The notes under the pieces are model-generated. The model was not told the DNA's origin. It ran no database searches and was given only the letters and a program-made list of their open reading frames with translations. Shown here one piece after another: positions 51,300 to 64,000 of a DNA stretch of 64,000 bases (within the stretch, counting starts at the first letter, position 1; each line of letters opens with the position of its first letter). The stretch is from the human T2T-CHM13v2.0 reference genome, Homo sapiens. A program made the translations under genes and the position numbers. Where the stretch lies: NCBI RefSeq assembly GCF_009914755.1, contig NC_060932.1; one strand, written 5' to 3'.

Positions 51300-51468
51300 G
51301 ATTAGTCCAAAGAGTGATATTACTGACACTGGCCTGGCACAGAGCAACAATTTGCAGGTCCCCAGTTCTTCAGAACCAAGCAGCCTCAAAGGTTCCACAT
51401 CTCTGCTTGTTCACCCGGTTTCAGGAGTGAGAAAAGAGCAGGGAGGTGGTTGTCATTCAGATACTTGA
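51300..51468 (+). CDS. FZD6: FZD6 exon 7 coding part: C-terminus ending HSDT*
   Basis: ttatctag|GATTAGT; [11 protein letters not shown]...GGGCHSDT then TGA; exon sum 177+197+1018+149+411+169=2121 nt = 706 aa + stop. Confidence 0.98.
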
Positions 51469-52822
51469 AGAACATTTTCTCTCGTTACTCAGAAGCAAAT
51501 TTGTGTTACACTGGAAGTGACCTATGCACTGTTTTGTAAGAATCACTGTTACGTTCTTCTTTTGCACTTAAAGTTGCATTGCCTACTGTTATACTGGAAA
51601 AAATAGAGTTCAAGAATAATATGACTCATTTCACACAAAGGTTAATGACAACAATATACCTGAAAACAGAAATGTGCAGGTTAATAATATTTTTTTAATA
51701 GTGTGGGAGGACAGAGTTAGAGGAATCTTCCTTTTCTATTTATGAAGATTCTACTCTTGGTAAGAGTATTTTAAGATGTACTATGCTATTTTACTTTTTT
51801 GATATAAAATCAAGATATTTCTTTGCTGAAGTATTTAAATCTTATCCTTGTATCTTTTTATACATATTTGAAAATAAGCTTATATGTATTTGAACTTTTT
51901 TGAAATCCTATTCAAGTATTTTTATCATGCTATTGTGATATTTTAGCACTTTGGTAGCTTTTACACTGAATTTCTAAGAAAATTGTAAAATAGTCTTCTT
52001 TTATACTGTAAAAAAAGATATACCAAAAAGTCTTATAATAGGAATTTAACTTTAAAAACCCACTTATTGATACCTTACCATCTAAAATGTGTGATTTTTA
52101 TAGTCTCGTTTTAGGAATTTCACAGATCTAAATTATGTAACTGAAATAAGGTGCTTACTCAAAGAGTGTCCACTATTGATTGTATTATGCTGCTCACTGA
52201 TCCTTCTGCATATTTAAAATAAAATGTCCTAAAGGGTTAGTAGACAAAATGTTAGTCTTTTGTATATTAGGCCAAGTGCAATTGACTTCCCTTTTTTAAT
52301 GTTTCATGACCACCCATTGATTGTATTATAACCACTTACAGTTGCTTATATTTTTTGTTTTAACTTTTGTTTTTTAACATTTAGAATATTACATTTTGTA
52401 TTATACAGTACCTTTCTCAGACATTTTGTAGAATTCATTTCGGCAGCTCACTAGGATTTTGCTGAACATTAAAAAGTGTGATAGCGATATTAGTGCCAAT
52501 CAAATGGAAAAAAGGTAGTCTTAATAAACAAGACACAACGTTTTTATACAACATACTTTAAAATATTAAGGAGTTTTCTTAATTTTGTTTCCTATTAAGT
52601 ATTATTCTTTGGGCAAGATTTTCTGATGCTTTTGATTTTCTCTCAATTTAGCATTTGCTTTTGGTTTTTTTCTCTATTTAGCATTCTGTTAAGGCACAAA
52701 AACTATGTACTGTATGGGAAATGTTGTAAATATTACCTTTTCCACATTTTAAACAGACAACTTTGAATACAAAAACTTTGTTTTGTGTGATCTTTTCATT
52801 AATAAAATTATCTTTGTATAAG
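51469..52822 (+). other. FZD6: FZD6 3'UTR (end approximate)
   Basis: AT-rich, repeat-free sequence after the stop; AATAAA at 52218, 52523 and 52801. Confidence 0.85.
52801..52806 (+). terminator. Probable main polyadenylation signal AATAAA of FZD6
   Basis: Last AATAAA of the 3'UTR block, U-rich upstream and GT-rich (ctgtggtt) downstream. Confidence 0.7.
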
Positions 52823-55170
52823 AATTATGGAGTATTCTGTGGTTAGGTATAGTAGTTCTGGCCAAGGAAGTAGTATAATTTTTTAGATTAGTGACTCCAT
52901 GGCTGGTAAGTCAGAGGCTTCTTTTTAACCTTGAAGGAGAATGCAGTCAAGATTCTTGCTTTTTGTCACTATTTCTTTCCAAAAATGTAAATTATAAAGC
53001 TATATTAACTGTAACTTTTTAAAGCCAGTGGGAAAGATCTGGAGTGTGAGGGGTGAAGCAAAAGGAACCCAGGACCCAGTTTTCACTCCTAACAGTGTAT
53101 TAGGTGATACAGACAAACCTCCCAAAACAGAAGGCTAGAATATGTGGATGAAATAAAACAATAGGCAGATTTCTGTGATGGGGGAAAAAAAGAAATAAAA
53201 TAATATTAACCCCAAACATTAAAAAACTAATAAGATAGTGAGGAATTGCCAGGTTAAGATCTGGGAGAAGAGAGAAATTCTCACTACAAAGCCCAACATT
53301 TGGAGCTGTTTTGCCCAGGAGCACTTGATGACTTGGAAAGGGCAGCTGAGAAGTGGAACAGTGCTATTGACAGCCTCAAAGGGCTGGAAGACAAGGGGTC
53401 TGCAACCACCCTACATTTAGAATTGTGACCTCAGAGGGTTGGATCTTAAAAGTACATGTGAGTTGTACATAAAGCAGCCCTGCTTCAAGTTGTCTGGGTA
53501 GATAGAAAAAGTTCAAACCCTGAAATTAGATTAAGGTAGCTCAAGCACCAGGTAAATGAAAATCTTCTCTGGAGGAAGAAAATGTTATTTTATATACTCT
53601 AAAAGTACCACAGTGCTCATCATACAATCAAACAATCAGGTATGCAAAAAAGACCATTTTTTGTTCATTAAAACATGAACAAGAATTGGCACAAGCAAGA
53701 GAAAAAGATCCCCAGGTACTGCTGATGTATTACTAGATACACATCATGTAACTTAAAAGTACAAGCAAGGAAAACAATAAGATACTACACACCTATAAGA
53801 ATGGACAGCACATAGTGACTTCCTTCCAAAGAATCCAAAGTACAGGTGGTACAGGGAGAGTAGCATTTACAGTGGAGAAACCTGACAAACTCAGCGAGAG
53901 GTACCTCACTACTCAGAAGGCGATCAAAGTCAAAAGAGAGGTAAGTCATGTTGAGAGTGTTACCTTTCATATGATGTGATGAAAATTGCAGTTTACCTCT
54001 GATATTCCCAAAACCTATAACCTCACTCTAGTTGTGAAATATGAGATGAATCTCAGCAGATGGACATTTTACAAGATAGCTGACCAGTCCTCCTCAAAAG
54101 GAGTCAAAATCCTCAAGAACAAGGGAAGTTTGAGAAACTATCACAGCCAAGAGGAGCTGAAGGAGACATGACAACTAAATGTAATGTGGTATCTTGGAAA
54201 AGAAAAAAGCACATTAGATAAAAACTAAGGAAATTTGAATAAAGCTTAGTCATCCAAATCAGCTAAATGTTCTTTATAATTTTCTTCCTTCTGCTTGCTT
54301 TTTCTCACCTTTTAGTCAGATATTGGACTCCTGGATGGATCCTTTAATTTTCTCATCTTTCCTCTCCTTTTGCCAATCTCTTTGGATTTTTTTCTTTGAA
54401 ACTTTATCAAATGTATTTTTTAATTTTTGATTGAAGTTTTTTTGGCTATCATTTTTTAATTTCACAGCATTTTAAAAATTTTGTTCTTTTTTCATAGTAC
54501 CTTTTTGTTTTATGATTATTTTATATATAATGTATTTCAAGATACACAATTTACTTTTTAAAGATCATATAGGAAACATTAATTTGTAATATTTATTTTG
54601 TAGCAGATGACTTTATTAAAGTCCCTCAATCCCTCTAATAATTTTGCAGTTGATTTTTCCTGGATTTTCTAGGTGGATGATTTTTTCCTCTCAAATAATG
54701 GTAATTTTATTCCTCAGCTATTAGCTGGAACTTGTAGCCAGTTAACATTAATAGTAGTAGCAGTAGACATCCTCGTCTTGTTTCTTTATTTTAAAGAAAA
54801 TGCCTGTAGTACTTCATCATGAAGAACAATGTTGGCATTTGACATAAGATAGGTATTTCTTAATGAGTTAAAAGAATCCTATTCCATCTTATAAGTTTTT
54901 AAAAATGAGGAATATGTACTGAATTTTATCAAATGCCCTTTTGCTACCAGGATTAGTCAGTATGAGGCTAACTTCTGTAACAATCCTCAAAATCGCAGTA
55001 GCTTTAGAAACTTATTCATGCGACAGGTGTGAATGTTCTTGAGGTAGCCTTCCAAATTCAAGCAACCACCACTTCCATCTTGTGGCTCTGCCATCTCTCA
55101 CTGAGTAAGAGAGAGAGTAAATGACTGCACAGAAAAAAGCTTCATGAGCTAGAGTTGAAAGTGATATGCA

Positions 55171-55514
<344 letters not shown>

Positions 55515-55938
55515 TCAGGCATAAATCTAGATGTCTTCCTGAGAGGGAGGAGAAACAGATTTACTAAGCCATTGGCCAGCATTTCAATCTACTAATGTGT
55601 TGTGTTAAATAAATTTCCTAACATAATGCCATCCTTTAATTCATTGAATAACCCTACTTGATCATGATGTATCATTTAATACTTCTGGATTTGATTTGTT
55701 AGTGATTTATTTAGGAGTTTTAAAATGTGCATCTATATGTACCTATATTCTAAATTATTTACCAGCCCTGGGCAATATTACAATATTTGTAATAAGTAAG
55801 TTTGAATTTTAAAACTATTTATTTTTAATAGCAAAATTCAGAAGCATTATTTAATTTTTTTAAAAAGCAATTTTTCTTTTTCATGGGACTAGAGTCTTTG
55901 AGGCAAAAAAAAAAAAAAAAAAAAAAAAGCCTGCTGTC

Positions 55939-56151
55939 GACCAGCCTGACCAACATGGTGAAACCCTGTCTCTACTAAAAATACAAAAATTAGCTGGGCG
56001 TCGTGGTGGGCACCTGTAATCCCTGCTACTCAGGAGGCTGAGGCAGGAGAATTGCCTGAACCCAGAAGGCAGAGATTGCAGTGAGCCAAGATTGTGCCAT
56101 TGCACTCCAGCCTGGGTGACACAGCGAGACTCCGTCTCAAAAAAAAAAAAA
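55939..56151 (+). mobile_element. 5'-truncated Alu (S-type)
   Basis: Starts at gaccagcctg; TSD (a)n-gcctgctgtc on both sides. Confidence 0.93.
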
Positions 56152-58307
56152 GCCTGCTGTCTCAGAAAAGGTGACATTAATTTTTATAAGAATTACATAA
56201 CAGTTTTCAGCCAAGAAAGTTGGCTTAAATTACATATTTACATTTACAATAACGAAATTGGCACGAGCACTGTGCAGGTAAACCCAAAGCAGCAAAGTCT
56301 GCTAGAAACCCTCACTTTGAAAGTCTGCTACAAACCTTCAACAAAATTTTATGAAATGCCATGTTTCAAAAAGACCCAGGATACCCAATGGGATCCACCA
56401 CTGCTATGCTGTTTATGGTTCTGAAGAAATCTTCCCTACACTTTCTTGATCAAACTAGACTGAAAACAGATCATAATTGCCAGCCATCATCAAAATCACA
56501 GTTTTAGTGCTTTCTTACTTTTTTTTTTTTTTTTTTTTTTTTAGTGCTTTCTTACTCTTTGATCTTCTCAGAAACTTACCACAGGTGGGTGTTTCCAGTT
56601 CCTACTGCTGGAAAGTTTTAACCTTGCCAAGCAGGCAGTTACTCTCAGGAAATGAAAGATACAATTTGTAATAACCACAAGAAGTTCTGCAGTTGCTTTT
56701 CTGCATGGAAGGCATGATATTGAATACCTCACTGCCCACTGCACAAGTCAGATACTTAAATTCCAAGCTTTAACCGTGGCCCCTGTGATCTGTCATGTGC
56801 AGAAGAATCAAAACTTTCATTAACTTACAGTGAAAATGTGTCGACAAAGAGCAAGAAAAAATTAAAAGATTAATCCAAAATGATCAAAGACATTGGGATC
56901 CAGAGCCAGGCGGTAGTGGAGAGAAGCATAGTGAAGTTCGTTATGAATATTACTGAAGGATGGGAGCCAAATGGAAGCAGTATGGAAAGAAATACAATGA
57001 AATGAAAATGAGAAAGACTTGTGGCAGTAAATACTAATTAGAAATAAACACAGATGGAAAATTATTGCTAAGGTGAGTAAATTTAGCAGCCAATTCTGAG
57101 ATTTGTATTTTCTATCCCTAGAAGGAAAAAAGAGCCAGAGAAAACGTTGAAGTGCAGGTTTTCTAATTTTCCACCACAAAAAGAAAAAGGACATGAAGGA
57201 GGACAAACCTAGTTAAGTCTTGGTAGAAACGTCTTAGAGAAAGTTTTCAAATAAATCATTTTCTAAACACATGCCATAGTTCATCTTCATTAATACTGAA
57301 CACACTTTAAGTATTTTCTACTATTTCACTTAGATTAGGTTTTAACAAACATACCTAGTGTAGAGTCTATTAAAGCTTACATTTAATACTTATGTTTATA
57401 TACTATTAATTATAAGTATAATTATAATACATTTAGAATATGTTGAAAAGAGAGGCACAAAATCAATAGAGATTAAGAAAAAATTTTTTTCTAAAGTTTC
57501 AAGAAAATGAAATATCTGAATATCTTCTTTCCCAAGTGCTAACTAGAGTAAAACTGTCTAGTTTGTGGGTTTATTTCCTTAGGGACCTATTCCAGGATCT
57601 AATTAGTTTCACTGTGAGGAAATAAGTCTGAATATACATACTACACATTATCTAGAGAAACTCACCAGCAAGGTAAGAGCTTCCCTCATGGTTTTAGTCC
57701 TTCCTAACTGTCAGCCCAGTGTCCCCTCATGAGAATTCTCATAAAACAGAAACCTCCAGACTTGTAAACAAAGTTGACCACTGGCAAAACACTTGCTGGC
57801 ATTTCCAGCCTCTTAACTGCCACCTCTATTAGTGCAGGCTCCATGTGAAAAAGAATGACACTCTGTGTTTCTGGAGCTGACCTTGTTGGCAGGCTGTGGG
57901 CAAATAAAAGGATGCAGTAAAACAAAACAGGAGGGCTGTGTTTCCTCAACTGACAGGCATCACTGCCTCCTTGTCATGCATCCTCAGGCTCTGGGGAGGC
58001 CTTTCCAGGCTTACCACATGGACAGTGAGCAATCCAAAGGTGTTCTTTTACGAAAGCAAAGACCATGAACGTGGCATACAACACAACCAAGAGTTGGGGG
58101 AGGGCGCCTCGGGGGCACTGTAGACAAGGCAGAATCTGGCTACCTGGACAGTCCGAAGAGATCAAACATAATATAAAAACACAGCCTTCACTCAACAAGA
58201 GTACGAGTGACAGGGGAGACTGCATTCACCCTTGCAAGGGGGACGAACATCTAAAGAATTAGCAGGTAATCCATATGAAATCTAACTGCACGGACATGGA
58301 AGATTCT

Positions 58308-58646
58308 TGTATTAGTCTGCTCTCACGCTGCTCATAAAGACATACCCAAGATTGGGTAACTTATAAAGAAAAGAGGTTTAACTGACTCACAGTTCCACAT
58401 GGCTGGGGAGGCCTTACAATCATGGCAGAAGGCGAAGGGGAAGTAAAACACATTTTACATGGCAGCAGGCAAGAGGGCACGTGCAGGGGAACTCTCACCA
58501 TCAAATCTCATGAGATTTATTCACCATAACAAGAAAAACCTGCCCCCATGATTCAGTTACCTCCCAGTGTGTCCCTCCCATGACATGTAGGGATTATTAC
58601 AATTCAAGGTGAGATTTGGGTGGGGACATAGAGCCAAACCATATCA
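58308..58646 (-). mobile_element. THE1 (probably THE1C) solo LTR, ERVL-MaLR
   Basis: tgtattagtc..tctcacgctgct.ataaagacataccc ... gagccaaaccatatca; 5-bp TSD attct/attcc. Confidence 0.93.
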
Positions 58647-59019
58647 ATTCCCAAAATATTTTTAAGCACAAAAAAACTTGCAAAATTACACTTACACAAT
58701 AATACCATGTATATAAACTACATCCACCCCACAAAACCACACTAATATTTTCTATTATTACTTATAAATGTATCTACATGCATAATGATACCATGTGTGT
58801 TAACAACCTTCACCCCATAGAATAATACTATATGTTTTCTATGGTTACATGTATATAAATGCATAGGGGAAGTCCAGGAAAATATAGAAACATGGGTTAT
58901 CTCTGTGGAGGGGGTCAGTATTGTAAGTGATGAACAAAGCAGACTTTAGCCTGATCTGTAATGTTTACATTTTTATAAGGAGACTCTATTAATATATCAT
59001 ATGTCATCATTAAGAATCT

Positions 59020-59361
<342 letters not shown>

Positions 59362-60644
59362 TAAGCACAAATCTAGCTAATTCGTGGATTCAGCCACATC
59401 TACCTGAGTCTGAGCCTGAAGCAGCCATTATTTCTGGGGATGTGGGCCACACACCTGCAGGCCAGGAAGGGGCAGCCCACACCGCTGAGGTCGGGAAAAG
59501 CCACCGGTGCATCCAGTTCAAACTCCCCTTGGCTCCTCAATCCTGCGCTTCTCCTTTCTCTGGAACCATATTCTCTTTAGTTGGCAATCACCACATGTTT
59601 ATTGGGAACCTCTGTGCCTGCTTCTTTCTCTTCAGTCCCTTCTCCAGATTTGACTCCCACCCCCACAAATAAAGCCCAGACCTGCTGATTTGTTCCCGCA
59701 CAGGGAAGACAGAGGAGCCTCCCAGGGTGAGACATCAGGGACACAGGTGAAGGAGAGGAAGCTGAGGTAGGCTGCGTTCAGTGGAACACCCACCAGGGCC
59801 GATTCCTCCTGTCCACACCCTAGTGCACACACCACCAGTACCTCAAGTGCCCCCAGCAGTGGGCAACACATCACCACAATTTACTTCTATATGCCTCAAC
59901 CTCAAGTTGAGAAACTGCTCAAAAGTGAGATCTGAGGTTAGGGAGAATCTAAGGCATTCGTGGCTTTCTGCAGAAGATAAACCCCCGTTTTTCTCTGGAA
60001 ACTCCAGCAATATATTCACCCATGTCCCTTAGAGCCATGCAGTTGACCCAGGCCCTTGAGTTCTGACAGAGGCACAGGAGCCCATGGAGCTGAGAAAGTT
60101 GTCTGTTTATAGCTCGCTTTGTCCTAGTAGCCATGGCTAAGTGTTCATGGGGACCATCGAATTTTGATCAGCATTTCCCAAATTGATGGATAGTTCCTAC
60201 ATAGGCTGAACTGTGAAGGGCCTAAGTTTCTTGTCTGTACTTGCCTACTGCCTAAGCTGCTAAGAGATTAGGTTTTGATTTTAGAATTTAACCTAGTCCT
60301 TTCCCTCTAGACCAGATGAGTCAATTTTTCCTCTTAATATGTTTGCCAATAGCAAAAATAACTTTCCTAACCATCTGACACTTAAACCAAAGATTCATTA
60401 TTTTTAACCAAGAGGACAAAATGTTCCAATAAGAATACTTAATACATCAGTGAAAGGTAAGCCCCAGCTGTGGCCCAGGAGACCACTAGAGTCTCCCAAA
60501 GATATTCTTCTATCACTGCTAGATCTGCCATTCAACCTCTAGAATATAGCCAAGAAGAAAAAGTATATGATATTTTGGCAAGATAACCTGCACACTATAG
60601 ACCCTGAACTCAGTGACTCTCAACAGCATTTTTCTGTCTTTAAA

Positions 60645-60926
60645 ATTTTTGTTTTGTTTTGTTTTGAGACAAAGTCTTGCTCTGTCACCCTGGCTGGAGT
60701 GCAGTGATGTGATCTCGTCTACTGCAACTTCTGCCTCCCAGGTTCAAGTGATTCTCCTGCCTCAGCCTCCCAAGTAGCTGGGACTACAGGCACGTGCCAC
60801 TATGCCCAGCTAATTTTTGTATTTTTAGTAGAGACACGGTTTCACCATGTTGGTTGGCCAGGATGATCCACCCACCTCAGCCTCCCAAAGTGCCGGGATT
60901 ACAGACATGATCCACTACACCCGGCC
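60645..60926 (-). mobile_element. Alu (S-type) with a ~20 bp deletion over the B box
   Basis: ggccaggatg joined to atccacccacc. Confidence 0.9.
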
Positions 60927-62479
60927 AAAAATTTTTTTAATTTTTTAATTGTTTAATTGACACATAATAATTGTACCTATTTGTGGGATACACAACAACG
61001 TTTTGATATATGTAATGTATAGTGATTACATCAAGGTTTGGGTTGATTTTATGTTTTTCAGGACTAGAGGCTGGTATTCAGACTGGGATGCATGTTACAG
61101 TTCCTCCTCCTCATTTTCTGGGAGTGGGAGGAGGTGATAAAGTCCACTGTCATCTGTACTTCAAGCTCTAGACCAGGTCCTCACGGCACGGAACTTGAGA
61201 TATACCAAGGAGTTAAGATTATGTCTCATACATAGAACAGAGACCCATGGGAATAATAGAACCTTATGATTTTTAAAATATTTTACTAAGACCCTTCTTC
61301 CATATTTCTCTGGATTGGGACACAGGACCATTTACTGGTTATAAAGCCCTGTTTACTAAGGCAAACAAAAAGGTGTAATTGGCACCCTAGGTTTTAAAAT
61401 TTATAAATATCAAGTGCATGTCTGTGTGTGTGTGTATCTGTGTATCTGTGTGTGTGTGTGTGTGTGTGTGAAGCTTTTGGAACACCACTTAAGAATTCCT
61501 AAGAAAACCACACGTCAAGCCTCTATCACACACACTCAGGTAAATGGGTCTGTTCTGAAGACCAAATTTTGCCTTGGGTGATGTGTTCTAAGATCTAATC
61601 TTGGGAGGATCAGGAGGCCAGGAACACAAGCAAGCCCATTTGACTCTCACAATAAGCCACATTCTCCAGTGGCAGGTTTAACATCAACATACATTCTCAA
61701 AAATCAGGGGGAGGTATAACTAAATGAGCACTCACTCAGACAAACTACAGAGGTATTTGGTAAATCTATTTGTAAATAAAGTGAAAAAGAAGAGGCTCTG
61801 CTTTCTTCTTAGCCCTGTGTTGATAATTAGTTAGAGAAAAGATTGAAAGAGGTCGTATGCACAATCCTGTGTCAAAATAAGAATTCCTGTTACGCTGGAA
61901 CAATACTCTGGCTTCTCACTTACATGAACTCTTACACAATAGTTGGTTCAGAAGCAATTCAACTCATCAAAAAATGAATAGCAATTTTAAAGTGGAACTG
62001 AGGACCTATACAATAAAGCTACAAGAAAAAGAAAAGAAGAGAAACAAGACAAACAAATGACACAGAATCCCTCCCAGAAAATATTGCTATAGGGTAGATA
62101 ACATGTTTGACAAAACGTATCATTTTTACAAGTTTTAGAAATCAGTGAAACAATCAACACTGTAAAAGAAATACACAATATAAGAGCTTGGAGATGACAT
62201 GGGGAAAAGATACAAGGAGGCAAAACATGAATTACTGCCAAAACTCTGGAAAGAAATAGAAAAGAATTGGAAGCAGCACAGAAAATACACATTTCCTATA
62301 ACATGATAATGGACATAGAGAAGAGGAATGAAAATAGTAAAATAAATAAAAATGACTAAGAGTTAAATAAATTGAAAGAGAAAATGGTAGTTACAGAAGA
62401 CAAAGAAAATTAATATTTATATAACTAGTGACCCCGAAGAAGATAACCAAAATAACAGAACATATAATATCTAACAAGA

Positions 62480-62774
<295 letters not shown>

Positions 62775-63065
62775 TTAATCATTTAGGAATGACAGTTTGT
62801 GTCTTCACTTGGAAAAAAGCCTCCAACCAAATGAAAGGCTGGTGGACGAAGAGGGAAACATGGGGTGGGTGAGGGAAGAGGCAGCTATAGGATATCAGCT
62901 TAGGCCTCAGAATTTTCCCCCTTTCTGACACTACCTAGATGAAAGCATTGGTTTGTCGCTGATTTAAGTTTTATTTCATGAGCATAATCATTACCCTTCA
63001 GTAGTCATGGTGATATTTAAAGGATTTTGTTACTTTTATCCAAAAGAAAAATAAATATTTTAAAG

Positions 63066-63361
63066 TTTTTTGTTTTGTTTTGTTTTTTGAGTCTCACTCT
63101 GTTGCCCAGGCTGCAGTTCAGTGGCACAATCTCGGCTCACTGCAGCTTCCACCTCCCGGGTTCAAGCGATTGTCCTGCCTCAGACTCCTGAGGAGCTGAG
63201 ATTACAGGCACAGGCCACCACGCCTGGCTAATTTTGTATTTTTAGTAGAGACAAGGTTTTGCCATGTTGGCCAGGATGGTCTTGAACTCCTGGCCTCAAG
63301 TGATCCCCCTGCCTCAGCCTCCCAAATGCTGGGATTACAGGCATGAGCCACCACACCCAGC
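63066..63361 (-). mobile_element. Alu (S-type)
   Basis: Reverse full Alu. Confidence 0.94.
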
Positions 63362-64000
63362 TTAAAGTATTTTTATATCAAATACTTCTTGCTGTGCAGC
63401 TCCCAACACATTGGATCAATGAAGGGCATTCATTCCCTCAGGAGAACATCAGATACAGCCAAGAACACAGGGGTCAGGGGATGCGAGTGACTAAATGTGT
63501 CCTGGCCCCATACAGCCAGATTGGTTGCAAAGAGGAAAGGTGCCAGGGTGGGTGTGGGATTCCTGAGACCTAAACTGGATCCTGGCTTTCAGACTGGAAA
63601 GATCCCAAGGCATCAGACTCTCCAAAAAGAGAACTGCTTGGGCAGGAAGGAGCTCTAAGGGCTGAATGTGGGACGAGGCAGGGAGAGGACCAGAGGCGGC
63701 CACCTCTCCAGAGTGCCCCTTGACTCCCTGCATCATTGATGGACTCTAGAAACAGCCAAGTGATCCCAGAAATAATCACAAATTATGGTATCTGTCAGGC
63801 ACCATCTCAGGGATAAGGATCTAATGGAAAACACTAAAGGTCCTTGCTCTCATAAAACTTACATTCCAGGAGGTATCAGGCAATAAGCAAGTTACTGAAT
63901 AAACAAACAAGGTCAATTCAGATTGGGAAGGTATTAAATAATGGAATATTACTCAATGATATTAATTGAAGCATCATTTATAACAGAAGCTAAAGTGTCT

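Noticed and set aside
57700-58270. Cluster of overlapping 60-83 aa ORFs downstream of FZD6
   Set aside because: No homology recognised and no exon structure; expected at moderate GC content

Overview
Primate (human or very close great ape) genomic DNA containing the complete FZD6 (Frizzled-6) gene on the + strand. It has a CpG-island promoter with a (CCG)13 repeat, a non-coding exon 1 (donor after 18944) and six coding exons (20057-20233, 38529-38725, 44422-45439, 48208-48356, 49614-50024, 51300-51468). These splice GT-AG in frame to 2121 nt, i.e. 706 aa plus stop: signal peptide, CRD, 7TM and KTxxxW. A ~1.35 kb 3'UTR follows. The rest is typical repeat-rich flank and intron: many Alus, old L1M/L2/MIR, MaLR LTRs, a near full-length Tigger1, hAT remnants and a young 5'-truncated L1PA with a perfect TSD. 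No prokaryotic-type systems are present, and almost all listed short ORFs are repeat- or GC-derived artefacts. The most interesting leads are all inference: (1) a strong cryptic acceptor in intron 3 that would give a secreted CRD-only FZD6 or a poison exon; (2) a chain of five out-of-frame uATGs plus a G-quadruplex in the 5'UTR; (3) phase-symmetric exons 4-6 flanked by inverted Alus, allowing a stop-free circRNA ORF or an in-frame TM-less skip product; (4) the promoter CCG repeat; (5) a tandem array of palindromes ~1 kb upstream of the promoter. Repeat subfamily names and repeat boundaries are by-eye estimates.
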